Below are positions 1-9,549 of a stretch of DNA of 64,000 nucleotides, one piece after another. The DNA comes from Clostridia bacterium (GTDB taxonomy: Bacteria > Bacillota > Clostridia > Oscillospirales > CAG-272). Under the pieces are notes generated by a model. The model saw only the letters and a list, made by a program, of their open reading frames with translations, searched no databases and was not told where the DNA came from. Each line of letters begins with the position of its first letter. The stretch's first letter is position 1. The stretch covers positions 64,562 to 128,561 of the forward strand of contig JAFTJE010000015.1 in assembly GCA_017456545.1 (NCBI GenBank), read 5' to 3'. Position numbers and translations under genes: made by a program.

Positions 1-54
1 GCCAAAAAGCCTTGCTTTTCAGTATGGTTTACAGTGTATTTGTTACAGTGCCCC

Positions 55-609
55 TTATTTCTTTTCACAGATGAAAAAGTACGGGGAGGTGGGAGAGTTT
101 ACTATTTGAAATTTTGATACACTCATTTCATGTCGGTCTATTGTCTCAAGGTATTCAAGGAGCAGCTTGCCTTCAATCTCTCCCTCGGCATGACCGGGAT
201 ACACGGCAATTAAAAGTATTCCGTCGCTATCCAGCATATCAAGAGCATCCTTAACAGCCGGCAGAGTGGTTTCTCGCTTTGTGGTAAGGGCTTTGTTATT
301 GCTGCCGGGAAGATATCCGAGATTGAACATTCCTGCTTTTATTTTTCGGTCAATATATTTTTTCAGGTTGTGGTGTGAGTCATGGATAAGGGTGTAGTTT
401 TCATAGCTACCCTCTGTCTCAAGCCTCTTTCTTGTACTTGCAAGAGCCCCTTCCTGAATGTCAAAAGCATACACATGGCCATTGCTCTTTACTGTGTTTG
501 ATAAAAAAAGCGTATCGTGACCGTTACCCATGGTAAAGTCAGCACATACATCTCCCTCCTTCAGGTGGGAGAGAATAAAGGATTTTTGTAAGGTAAGTAA
601 ATCTGTCAT
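55..609 (-). CDS. mnmM: class I SAM-dependent methyltransferase, YtqB/MnmM-like
   Basis: ORF 55-639. Motifs DFTMGNGHDT, GHVYAFDIQ and FNLGYLPG resemble the B. subtilis YtqB-type methylase. Start moved to ATG 609 (MTDLL), which is preceded by a GGAG RBS. Confidence 0.75.
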   Translation of the reverse strand: MTDLLTLQKSFILSHLKEGDVCADFTMGNGHDTLFLSNTVKSNGHVYAFDIQEGALASTRKRLETEGSYENYTLIHDSHHNLKKYIDRKIKAGMFNLGYLPGSNNKALTTKRETTLPAVKDALDMLDSDGILLIAVYPGHAEGEIEGKLLLEYLETIDRHEMSVSKFQIVNSPTSPYFFICEKK

Positions 610-699
610 AATTTCACTCCTGTTTTTACTCTTACACAATTATACAACTATTGCAATACCGTGTCAAGTAAATTAATAGCTTAAAATTGTAGTTATTTC

Positions 700-728
700 T
701 TGACAAAGCAGTGTCTGAGTGCTAAAAT
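700..728 (+). promoter_or_regulatory. sigma-A type promoter for alaS
   Basis: TTGACA (700-705), 17-nt spacer, TGc-TAAAAT (720-728). This leaves a leader of about 50 nt. Confidence 0.6.
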
Positions 729-785
729 ATATCTGTTATAATTTTAGTTTATATTATTTTATCTTTTTGAAAGGATATTTCAGCT

Positions 786-3401
786 ATGAAATGGACATCA
801 CTTAACGATTTAAGAGAATCTTATCTCTCATTCTTTGAATCAAAGGGACACCTTCGTTTACCCAGCTTTTCCCTTGTACCCAATAACGATAAATCCCTGC
901 TTCTTATAAATTCAGGTATGGCACCTATGAAGAAGTTTTTTACAGGCGAGGTCGTTCCTCCCAGAAGCAGAGTTACCACCTGCCAGAAGTGTATCCGTAC
1001 CCCCGACCTTGAAAGAGTAGGTCATACAGCCCGTCACGGTACATTCTTTGAGATGCTTGGCAACTTCAGCTTCGGTGATTACTTCAAGGTTGAGGCTATT
1101 GAGTGGAGCTGGGAATTCCTTACTAAGACTCTTGAAATTCCCGAGAATCTTCTTTGGCCCTCTATATATGAGAATGATGAAGAGGCATACGATATTTGGG
1201 TAAACCATATCGGCGTTGACCCTTGCCATGTTGTTCGTATGGGTAAGGCAGATAACTTCTGGGAGCACGGTCAGGGTCCCTGCGGTCCCTGCTCCGAAAT
1301 CTATTTTGACCGTGGTGAGAAATACGGATGCGGCTCCCCCGACTGTAAGCCCGGATGCGATTGCGACAGATATATGGAGATCTGGAACAATGTATTCTCA
1401 CAGTTTAATAATGACGGTAGCGGTAATTATACTGAGCTTGCACAGAAGAATATTGATACAGGTATGGGACTGGAGAGACTTGCCTGTGTAATGCAGGGTG
1501 TTGACAATATGTTCGAGGTTGATTCCGTACGCAGACTTATTGATAAGGTTTGTGAAATTTCGGGTAAGACCTACGGCAATGACGCAGATAATGATATTTC
1601 AATCCGAGTTGTTACTGACCATACAAGAAGTGCTATGTTTATGATAAGCGACGGTGTTATTCCCTCCAATGAGGGCAGGGGCTATGTTCTCCGTAGAATT
1701 ATCCGTCGTGCGTGCCGTCACGGTAAGCTTCTCGGCATCGACCACCCCTTCCTTACAGATATGTGTGATGTAGCCATAGGCGAGAGCTGTGGTGCATACC
1801 ACGAGCTTTCCGAGAAGGCAGACTATATTAAGAAGGTTCTTTCTCTCGAGGAGGAGAGATTTGATACAACCATCGACCAGGGTCTTTCCATTCTTGATAA
1901 CCTTGTAAATAAGGCAAAGGCAGAGGGAAAGGATGTAATTGACGGTGCAGAGGTGTTCAAGCTTTACGACACCTTCGGCTTCCCCATTGACCTTACAAGA
2001 GAAATTGCTGAGGAAAACGGACTTAAGATAGATGAGGACGGCTTCAAGACTCTTATGGCAGAGCAGAGACAGAGAGCCCGTGACGCAAGAGCAGATATCA
2101 ATGGCTGGGATAAGGAATCCAGTGCTATAAATGTTGAAAAGACAGACTTTAAGGGATATACCTCCTATGAGTGTGAGGGCAAGATTCTTGCTATAATTGT
2201 AGACGGTGGAGAAAGTGTTGATGCAGTTTCCGAGGGAGAATGCTCCATTGTCCTTGATGCTACTACCTTCTACGGTGAGGGTGGTGGTCAGGTAGGTGAT
2301 AAGGGTACTCTTGAAAACGAGGGTGCACATATCGATGTCCTTGACACAAAGAAAACAGATGGCGTATACATCCATATGTGTAATGTTGTATCCGGCTCTG
2401 TTAAGGTTGGAGATACACTTAAGGCAACAGTAGATGCTACACGCCGTCAGGCAATAGCAAGAAACCACTCTGCCGTACATATGCTCCAGGCAGCTCTTCG
2501 TTCCGTGCTCGGCAATCATGTAGAGCAGGCAGGCTCCTATGTGGATGAAAATATCGGCAGATTCGACTTTACACATTTTGCAGCACTTACATCTGATGAG
2601 ATTGCTAAGATTGAAAATATAGTAAACGCATATATTTTAAGTGGAGACAGAATAGAGACTGTTGAGACCGATGTGGATACAGCCCGTGCAAACGGAGCTA
2701 TGGCTCTCTTCGGAGAAAAGTACGGTAAGGTTGTCCGTATGGTTAAGATGGGAGATTTCTCTGTTGAGCTTTGTGGAGGAACACATCTTGATAACTCTGC
2801 TAAGGCAGGTATGTTCAAGATAATTTCCGAGTCAAGCGTTGCAGCAGGTGTTCGCAGAATTGAAATTACAACAGGCTACGGAGTTCTTAACCTTCTTGCA
2901 AACAGGGATGCACTTATCCTTGATACAGCTAAGGAGCTTAAGTGCCAGAATGTAAACGATATTGCAAAGCGTGCAACTGCTGTTTCCGACGAGGTTAAGG
3001 CACTTAAAAGAGAAATTGACCAGCTCAACTCCAAGCTTGCAGGCTCCAGAGTAGACGAGCTCATAAATAACGCAAAGATAGTAAACGGAATTTCAGTAAT
3101 TACTGCAGACCTCGGTGATATGAACATTGATGCTGTTCGTTCCCTCGGAGATAGCATAAAGGATAAAAAGCCCGAGAGTGTGGCTGTATTTGCCATTCAT
3201 TCAGGCGAAAAGCTTAACTTTATGGCAGTATGCGGTAAGGCTGCTGTCAGCAAGGGTGCTCACGCAGGTAACATCCTCCGTGAGGTAAGTGCAGTAACAG
3301 GTGGTAGAGGTGGCGGACGCCCTGACAGTGCAATGAGTGGCGGTAAGGACATCTCCAAAATTGCAGACGCACTTGCACTTGTAGAAACACTTATAAAGTA
3401 A
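786..3401 (+). CDS. alaS: alanine--tRNA ligase
   Basis: 871 aa. Class II AlaRS motifs are present (FFEMLGNFSFGDYFK, editing-domain HSAVHMLQAAL, CGGTHL) and there is a C-terminal DHHA1-like tail. Confidence 0.97.
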   Translation: MKWTSLNDLRESYLSFFESKGHLRLPSFSLVPNNDKSLLLINSGMAPMKKFFTGEVVPPRSRVTTCQKCIRTPDLERVGHTARHGTFFEMLGNFSFGDYFKVEAIEWSWEFLTKTLEIPENLLWPSIYENDEEAYDIWVNHIGVDPCHVVRMGKADNFWEHGQGPCGPCSEIYFDRGEKYGCGSPDCKPGCDCDRYMEIWNNVFSQFNNDGSGNYTELAQKNIDTGMGLERLACVMQGVDNMFEVDSVRRLIDKVCEISGKTYGNDADNDISIRVVTDHTRSAMFMISDGVIPSNEGRGYVLRRIIRRACRHGKLLGIDHPFLTDMCDVAIGESCGAYHELSEKADYIKKVLSLEEERFDTTIDQGLSILDNLVNKAKAEGKDVIDGAEVFKLYDTFGFPIDLTREIAEENGLKIDEDGFKTLMAEQRQRARDARADINGWDKESSAINVEKTDFKGYTSYECEGKILAIIVDGGESVDAVSEGECSIVLDATTFYGEGGGQVGDKGTLENEGAHIDVLDTKKTDGVYIHMCNVVSGSVKVGDTLKATVDATRRQAIARNHSAVHMLQAALRSVLGNHVEQAGSYVDENIGRFDFTHFAALTSDEIAKIENIVNAYILSGDRIETVETDVDTARANGAMALFGEKYGKVVRMVKMGDFSVELCGGTHLDNSAKAGMFKIISESSVAAGVRRIEITTGYGVLNLLANRDALILDTAKELKCQNVNDIAKRATAVSDEVKALKREIDQLNSKLAGSRVDELINNAKIVNGISVITADLGDMNIDAVRSLGDSIKDKKPESVAVFAIHSGEKLNFMAVCGKAAVSKGAHAGNILREVSAVTGGRGGGRPDSAMSGGKDISKIADALALVETLIK

Positions 3402-3410
3402 TTACACAAT

Positions 3411-3446
3411 AAAAAAGATGCGACACAGTGTCGCATCTTTTTTTTC
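3411..3446. terminator. bidirectional rho-independent terminator (alaS / ptsI)
   Basis: A-run, 9-bp stem GATGCGACA/TGTCGCATC with loop CAG, then a T9 run. It lies between convergent genes. Confidence 0.85.
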
Positions 3447-3518
3447 ATATAAGCCTTTCTTAAAATAAGGTGCAGACCAATCTGACGGATGAATATGCTA
3501 CAAATTCTGTAAACTCAT

Positions 3519-5153
3519 CTACTTAGACAAATCCGTTTCTCTAATAACCTTTCTTATGGGAAGCACGAAGGTAGGGGACACAGAAAGCTCGTCTATGCCC
3601 ATTCTCAAAAACCTTTCTGTAAGGCTTGTATCGGAGGCGAGCTCTCCGCATATACCTACCCATTTTCCGTGGGCGTGGGCACTGTCTACCGTATATTTTA
3701 TAAGCCGTAAAATTGCCTCGTGGTGTGTATCTGCAAATTTTTCAAGCAATGGATTTTGTCTGTCGCAGGCAAGAGTATACTGAATTAAATCGTTTGTGCC
3801 TATACTGAAAAAATCCACAAGGGGAGCAAGAGTGTCGCTTATTATAGCAGAGGCAGGTGTTTCTATCATTATACCTATTTCGATATCGTTTGCGTACCGT
3901 ATGCTTTCACTGTCAAGCTCTCTCTTTATTTCGTCACATAGGGCAAGGGCACTCCTTACCTCATCCGAGCTTATTATCATAGGGAACATAATACTCAAAT
4001 TACCGTATATGGATGCTCTGAACAGTGCTCTCAGCTGTGTTTTGAATACATCCGGTCTATCAAGACAAATTCTTATTGCTCTATATCCGAGGGCAGGATT
4101 TTCCTCTTTTTTCAGGTCAAAATAATCCACCTGTTTGTCGGCTCCGATATCAAGAGTACGGATAATAACTCTTTTTCCACTCATTGCCTCCAAAACTCTC
4201 TTGTATATGGCAAATTGTTCATTCTCACCTGGATATTCCCTGCTTTCAAGATAGATAAACTCACTTCTGAACAGTCCTATTCCGTCGGCATCATTATACA
4301 GTACGGAGCCTAAATTATCAACTCCCCCTATATTGGCGTAGAGCTTAATTTTTTTACCGTCAAGAGTAACGGTTTCCTTTCCTCTCAGGGTTTCAAGAAG
4401 GTGCTTTTTGTTTTTATCCTCTTCAATAAGTCTGTTTATTTCTGTAAGAGTATTATTATCGGGATTAACAAAAACCTCACCGGTGTATCCGTTAATGGCT
4501 ATGGTATCCCCATTCTGCACTGAGGTAATAAAATTGCCACCGAGACCGATAACGGCGGGAATATTCATATTTCTTGCAAGAATAGAGGTGTGGGAATTGA
4601 CAGAGCCGTAGGATGTGGCAAATCCACAGATACTGTTTTTGTCAAGAGTAACTGTTTCGCTGGGGGCAAGGTCGGTGGCACATATAACGATATTTTTGCC
4701 CGACTCTCCCGTGTCCCTTTTCCTATCCATAAGGCAGTCTATCAGCCGTAGGGAAATATCCCTCACATCTGAGGCCCGTGCCTGCATATAGGAGTCGTCC
4801 ATACCCTCAAACATAGAGGAAAAGCTGTCCGATGCTATGCTGACGGCATACTCGGCATTTACTCTCTGTATTTTAATGGTATTTTCAATTGCCTCGCAGT
4901 AGTCCTCATCCTCAAGCATCATCTTGTGTATTTCAAATATTTGTGCCCCCGTCTCTCCTACCTCTGTAAGTGCCTTTTTATATATTTCATCAAGCTGCAG
5001 GATGGCATTCCTACGGGCTTTATCCACACGCCTGAGCTCATTTTCTATATTTTCAACACTGAAACGGGGGATTATTTCTTCTGTTTTATTAAGCAGAGAT
5101 ATAACACCTATGCTAATAGCGCCATATACTCCCTTTCCCTTAAAGCATAGCAT
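3519..5153 (-). CDS. ptsI: phosphoenolpyruvate-protein phosphotransferase (PTS enzyme I)
   Basis: 544 aa. Has the phospho-His loop GSVNSHTSILAR and PEP-utilising TIM-barrel motifs (IRTLDIGADK, FFSIGTNDLIQY, CGELA). Starts 4 nt after the ptsH stop. Confidence 0.93.
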   Translation of the reverse strand: MLCFKGKGVYGAISIGVISLLNKTEEIIPRFSVENIENELRRVDKARRNAILQLDEIYKKALTEVGETGAQIFEIHKMMLEDEDYCEAIENTIKIQRVNAEYAVSIASDSFSSMFEGMDDSYMQARASDVRDISLRLIDCLMDRKRDTGESGKNIVICATDLAPSETVTLDKNSICGFATSYGSVNSHTSILARNMNIPAVIGLGGNFITSVQNGDTIAINGYTGEVFVNPDNNTLTEINRLIEEDKNKKHLLETLRGKETVTLDGKKIKLYANIGGVDNLGSVLYNDADGIGLFRSEFIYLESREYPGENEQFAIYKRVLEAMSGKRVIIRTLDIGADKQVDYFDLKKEENPALGYRAIRICLDRPDVFKTQLRALFRASIYGNLSIMFPMIISSDEVRSALALCDEIKRELDSESIRYANDIEIGIMIETPASAIISDTLAPLVDFFSIGTNDLIQYTLACDRQNPLLEKFADTHHEAILRLIKYTVDSAHAHGKWVGICGELASDTSLTERFLRMGIDELSVSPTFVLPIRKVIRETDLSK

Positions 5154-5157
5154 TATA

Positions 5158-5415
5158 TCAAAGATTTTCCTTCATAAAATTTTTAATAGCCTCGGAGGCT
5201 TCAGCTTCATCCTCACCGTCTACTGTAATCGTTACGGTATTACCGTAATGGATTCCCATACCCATTATTGCTATTATTTTCGTGGCAAGAGCTCTTTTTT
5301 CACCCTTTTCAATGTATATATCGCTTTTATATTCCTTTGCCACCTTGGCAAGCATACCTGCAGGACGGGCATGGATTCCTAATTTATCCTTAATAGTGTA
5401 GGAAAAGGTTATCAT
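5158..5415 (-). CDS. ptsH: phosphocarrier protein HPr (variant lacking Ser46)
   Basis: 85 aa. Active-site GIHARPA with His15 is present. Positions 45-46 are Thr-Lys instead of the canonical Lys-Ser. Confidence 0.9.
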   Translation of the reverse strand: MITFSYTIKDKLGIHARPAGMLAKVAKEYKSDIYIEKGEKRALATKIIAIMGMGIHYGNTVTITVDGEDEAEASEAIKNFMKENL

Positions 5416-5490
5416 TTGTTTTCCTCCCTTTTGATTTACTCGTATTTATTATTAACACAAATTCCTATTAAATACAGAGTCGGTCCTATT

Positions 5491-6159
5491 TTATTTTTTT
5501 GGTATTACTGTTTTTTTGTCCTTTACAATATGACCCTCGGGAATTACACCACGCAGAGAGGAAAGGGGATAAACACTTGTTTCCTTACCTATAATAGTTC
5601 CGGGATTCAGCACACAGCCACATCCTACTTCAGTACGGTCTCCAAGTATTGCACCAAGTTTTTTTAACCCCGTTTCGTATTTTTTGTTACCTTTTACTGT
5701 TACAGGGGATTTATCTGACTTCAGGTTAGAGCATATTACCCCGGCACCTAAGTGGGCAAAATTACCTATTATACTGTCACCCACATAGTTATAATGAGGA
5801 ACGGCTACATTGTCAAAAAGAATTGAATTTTTTATCTCGGTTGAATTTCCGATAACGCAGGATTTACCGATAATTATATTTCCTCTGAGATAAGCTCCCG
5901 GGCGAATTTCCGTATTGTCCCCTATAATAGCAGGTGGGATAATAGTTGCAAGAGGGGAAATATTTACATTTTCTCCTATATAGACACCGGGGGATAGCTC
6001 AATATATCCGTTAAGCTCCTTTTCTGTAACCGATTTAATATATTCTCCGATTTTTCCGATTACTTCCCACGGATATTCCACTCCGTCAAAGAGTGGTAAG
6101 ACAATGGATGGTAAAGCATCAAACAGCTCACATATGCGTATTTTATCTGAATTATTCAC
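5491..6159 (-). CDS. left-handed beta-helix (hexapeptide) acyltransferase, GlmU C-terminal-domain-like
   Basis: 222 aa. Hexapeptide repeats; the segment PHYNYVGDSIIGNFAHLGAGVICSNLK resembles the GlmU acetyltransferase core. No nucleotidyltransferase domain. The GTG start overlaps the glmM stop by 8 nt. Confidence 0.7.
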   Translation of the reverse strand: MNNSDKIRICELFDALPSIVLPLFDGVEYPWEVIGKIGEYIKSVTEKELNGYIELSPGVYIGENVNISPLATIIPPAIIGDNTEIRPGAYLRGNIIIGKSCVIGNSTEIKNSILFDNVAVPHYNYVGDSIIGNFAHLGAGVICSNLKSDKSPVTVKGNKKYETGLKKLGAILGDRTEVGCGCVLNPGTIIGKETSVYPLSSLRGVIPEGHIVKDKKTVIPKK

Positions 6160-7780
6160 ACAGGTACCCCTTTTTTCTTATTACTTCTTTTATTTCATCA
6201 ATGTATTTTTTGCATTCTGATTCATTTTTACATTCGGACATAATTCTTATAACAGGCTCGGTACCGCTTTTTCTCAAAAGAATCCTGCCATTTTTCCCGA
6301 GTGCCTTTTCTATTTTGTCCACGCAGGCTTTAACATCAGTGTCATTTATTACATCGTCCTTATTTTGCACATATACGCTTTCGGTTAACTGAGGGTAAAG
6401 TGTAATATTTTTCACAAGAGCAGAGAGGTGTGTTTTTTTATCGCACATTTCCTCTGTAACCATAAGGGCAGTTAAAATTCCGTCCCCTGTTGTGGCGTAT
6501 TTTTTAATAATAATATGTCCCGATTGCTCTCCACCCAATACATATCCATTTCGTTGCATACAGTCAAAAACAAATCTGTCTCCGACTGAGGTAAGCTCGT
6601 ATTCTATCCCCTCATCGCTTAGTGCATTGGTAAGTCCCTTATTAGACATTACAGTTGCAACAATTTTATTGTGATCAAGAGCATCTCTCTCCTTCAATCT
6701 TCTTGCAAGGATATACATAATCATATCCCCATCTATCACCTTTCCCTTTTCGTCAACGGCTATACATCTGTCAGCATCACCGTCAAAGGCAAACCCGATA
6801 TCCAAATGATTTTTTATGACAAGATCGGAAAGGTGCTCTATATGAGTTGAGCCTACTCCATTGTTAATATTCAAGCCGTCGGGAGAGCAGCCCGTAAGAT
6901 AAAGCTGAGCCCCCAGAGCATCAAACACTGCCTTGGCAATAGACCAGGATGAGCCGTTTGCACAGTCAAGACCGATTCGAAGGCTTTTATAAGAGTGGGA
7001 GGCAATGGAAATCAAATAGCCGATATATCTGTTTCGGCCTGCTGTATAGTCTACAATACTGCCAACTTTTTCCCTTGTGGCAAAGGGGATATCCTCGCCG
7101 TCCACACCGGCTCTGCTCATTTCACCGTCAATGTAGGCTTCAATAAGGGATGCAGTATTATCGTCAAGCTTTTCACCGTATCTGTTTAAGATTTTTATAC
7201 CGTTATCATAGAAGGGATTGTGGGATGCCGTTATCATAACACCACAATCAAATTCATCGCATCTTGTAATGTATGATACGCTTGGTGTTGTGGTTACATG
7301 GAGCATATATGCATCAGCTCCCGATGCTGTGATGCCGGCAATAATTGAGTATTCCAGCATATAGCTTGATCTTCTGGTGTCCTTTCCTATCAGAATACGG
7401 GCTTTTTTGTTAGCCTTTCCGATTTTGTTATAGTACCAGCCTATAAATCTTCCTACACGGTATGCCTGATAAGAAGTCAGGTCAACATTAGCCTCTCCAC
7501 GAAATCCGTCTGTTCCGAAATATTTGTTTTTTATTTCGCTGTCTGCTTTGTTAATCTTTACCTCATCCCTTTGAGAGAGGCTTAAATCATTAAGCAACAG
7601 CTCGTCAGAGCTTACACCGAAAACGGTGCATAGCAGAGCTATTTTATCAAGCTGTGGCATTGCCTCTCCCAATTCCCATTCCGAAAGCGACTGCCGTGGT
7701 ACATTGAGCTTTTCTGCCAAAGTCTCCTGAGATATATGGGAGGAAATTCTCAAGTGAGCAATTTTTTCACCAATAGTCAT
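6152..7780 (-). CDS. glmM: phosphoglucosamine mutase with an N-terminal XRE-family HTH domain (fusion)
   Basis: 542 aa in one frame. Residues 1-65 form an XRE-type HTH. A full GlmM follows (KYFGTDGFRGEAN, phosphoserine loop TASHNP, GEQSGH). Confidence 0.85.
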   Translation of the reverse strand: MTIGEKIAHLRISSHISQETLAEKLNVPRQSLSEWELGEAMPQLDKIALLCTVFGVSSDELLLNDLSLSQRDEVKINKADSEIKNKYFGTDGFRGEANVDLTSYQAYRVGRFIGWYYNKIGKANKKARILIGKDTRRSSYMLEYSIIAGITASGADAYMLHVTTTPSVSYITRCDEFDCGVMITASHNPFYDNGIKILNRYGEKLDDNTASLIEAYIDGEMSRAGVDGEDIPFATREKVGSIVDYTAGRNRYIGYLISIASHSYKSLRIGLDCANGSSWSIAKAVFDALGAQLYLTGCSPDGLNINNGVGSTHIEHLSDLVIKNHLDIGFAFDGDADRCIAVDEKGKVIDGDMIMYILARRLKERDALDHNKIVATVMSNKGLTNALSDEGIEYELTSVGDRFVFDCMQRNGYVLGGEQSGHIIIKKYATTGDGILTALMVTEEMCDKKTHLSALVKNITLYPQLTESVYVQNKDDVINDTDVKACVDKIEKALGKNGRILLRKSGTEPVIRIMSECKNESECKKYIDEIKEVIRKKGYLCE

Positions 7781-7884
7781 AAATATCTCCTTTTCGGTTT
7801 TTATTTAGTATCTGTTATTATAATACTACAATTATAGGAAAAATCTACCAACTTTAATTAGAAAAGTAATCGCAACCTGAAGTG

Positions 7885-7918
7885 CATAAAAATAAGGCGT
7901 ATACTGACAGTATACGCC
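7885..7918 (-). terminator. rho-independent terminator after the DUF3794/LysM gene
   Basis: Hairpin GGCGTATACTG-a-CAGTATACGCC (7896-7918), followed on the minus strand by a T-rich run. Confidence 0.8.
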
Positions 7919-7926
7919 GAAAATAA

Positions 7927-9453
7927 TTATATGATTATGGATTTTACATTTTCGAGAGAATAGGATGAGAGGTCATTATCCTCCACTATTTTTCGTTCTG
8001 TGGTGTGATATTTTTTTGCCACCTCCCAAAGTATATCACTGTCCTTCGGAAAGAAAACACGAACACAGGATGCGTCATTTTTGTATTCACTGTCTTTTTT
8101 TAAGATTGCACTGTCAAGAATTTCTGTCCTTTCCTTTTTCAGAACCGATATGGACGGATATATCTCCAGCATAATGCAGAATTTATCGTTTTCATATCTG
8201 GCATCATTGACTACAGCGTCATAGCCGATCCGTGATATTATATCCTCTCCCTCACATATCATATCTGTTCTGAAGGGAATTTCATATTCCTCACATAAAA
8301 ACTCTCCGTTTTTGGTTTTTCCTATAACCTGTGCAAGTACCTTGCCCGAAAGTGTTATTTTTCCACCCTTTATCTCTGCCTTATCGGATAATATCTCGCA
8401 CAGAGTGTCTATAATTTCTTCAATTTCGGGCTCTTTCCTTTTGAACTTGTCATTAACGGAGAAGGAATGGTTTTTTGCAAGCACGAGGGAATATGTGTCA
8501 ATTTCCTTAAAGGCTGTTTCGGTCTCATGCTTTGTGGAATAGCAGTCCTCTGTTACGAAGCTCTCTTCGTTTCTGTAAAACTCTCCCTCTATTTCACAGT
8601 TCAAATCGAAAAACAGGTGGGAGGTATCGCTGCTTTGCTCATTTGAAACAGAGAGACTGACGCACCTTCCCACGCAACGCACCGAGTCTGTGGCAAGAGA
8701 GCCCTCAGCTTCTAAATCCTCGTATACGGGGAGGGATTTTGTAAGCAGTATTTCCTTTTCACCGTCGTTACACAGACAACGCACATTTACTGTGCCTCGG
8801 ACAGCAATATATCCGGAACGGGCCTTGCAATCCGTAATAATCATCTGTGCATCGCACATAAGCGGAGTCATAGATGATTTGCTTCCTATATCGAATTTAT
8901 CGGACATTCTAATATTTTGCATGGAAACAGGTTTTAAGGAAACAGTATTAAGAGCCTTTGTCCGTCTTTGTATATACATTTCATCTGCTGTGGACTTGGG
9001 GCTTATTTGCTCTTCGATTTCGTTTTCTATAAAGGATAGTATCCTGCTTTTCAGTCTTGTTTTGATTGTCAGCTTTCTCGGTGCTGTAACCCTGCAGTTA
9101 ACATTATCGACACCTGTGTCGATAAAAACCGTCTCCACACTGTCGGGGATAATTGTTTTACCCTCGTAGGCACTTGATAAAGGAATGGACCGTAGCTTTC
9201 CCTCGTCATCTGTGTATATTACAGTATAAGTAACTGTCCCGTCAAATTCAAGACTTGTGTTTGTCCCTGAATCGGATATAAATTTTCCTTCGGGTAAAAC
9301 GGATGCTCTTGTGTGTAATACCCGACGCACCTCGGGGATATAATCAGGTAAGGAAAATTCCTCGCTTATCTCATTTACAAGCTGTATATCGGATGAAAGG
9401 GAGGTAATAACAGCTTTTTTCGGCATTTGTGTATTTATGGTTGCTTCATTCAT
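7927..9453 (-). CDS. DUF3794-like protein with C-terminal LysM domain (probable sporulation or cell-wall associated)
   Basis: 508 aa. N-terminal SLPDYIPEV motif is typical of DUF3794 repeats. The C-terminus (ILWEVAKKYHTTERKIVEDNDL) is LysM-like. AAGGAG RBS. Confidence 0.6.
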   Translation of the reverse strand: MNEATINTQMPKKAVITSLSSDIQLVNEISEEFSLPDYIPEVRRVLHTRASVLPEGKFISDSGTNTSLEFDGTVTYTVIYTDDEGKLRSIPLSSAYEGKTIIPDSVETVFIDTGVDNVNCRVTAPRKLTIKTRLKSRILSFIENEIEEQISPKSTADEMYIQRRTKALNTVSLKPVSMQNIRMSDKFDIGSKSSMTPLMCDAQMIITDCKARSGYIAVRGTVNVRCLCNDGEKEILLTKSLPVYEDLEAEGSLATDSVRCVGRCVSLSVSNEQSSDTSHLFFDLNCEIEGEFYRNEESFVTEDCYSTKHETETAFKEIDTYSLVLAKNHSFSVNDKFKRKEPEIEEIIDTLCEILSDKAEIKGGKITLSGKVLAQVIGKTKNGEFLCEEYEIPFRTDMICEGEDIISRIGYDAVVNDARYENDKFCIMLEIYPSISVLKKERTEILDSAILKKDSEYKNDASCVRVFFPKDSDILWEVAKKYHTTERKIVEDNDLSSYSLENVKSIII

Positions 9454-9515
9454 TTACTTTCTCCTTAAAAACTTTTTTCATTATTACCATATGCTGAAAA
9501 ATGTTTGATTATTAC

Positions 9516-9544
9516 TTGACAAGCTACTTATTTTGGGTTATAAT
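9516..9544 (+). promoter_or_regulatory. sigma-A type promoter of the serS T-box leader
   Basis: TTGACA (9516-9521), 17-nt spacer, TATAAT (9539-9544). Confidence 0.7.
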
Positions 9545-9549
9545 TACAA

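Noticed and set aside
640-785. Looked for a T-box or other leader upstream of alaS.
   Set aside because: The promoter at 700-728 leaves only about 50 nt of leader. No T-box sequence or terminator hairpin is present.
3421-3435. Identical 15-mer CGACACAGTGTCGCA in two terminator hairpins (3421-3435 and 19913-19927), both flanked by A-runs and T-runs. This looked like a possible repeat family.
   Set aside because: The window has roughly 2e9 position pairs against 4^15 (about 1e9) possible 15-mers, so about one or two exact 15-mer matches are expected by chance. Both copies are constrained to be palindromic terminators. This is not evidence for a mobile or repeated element.
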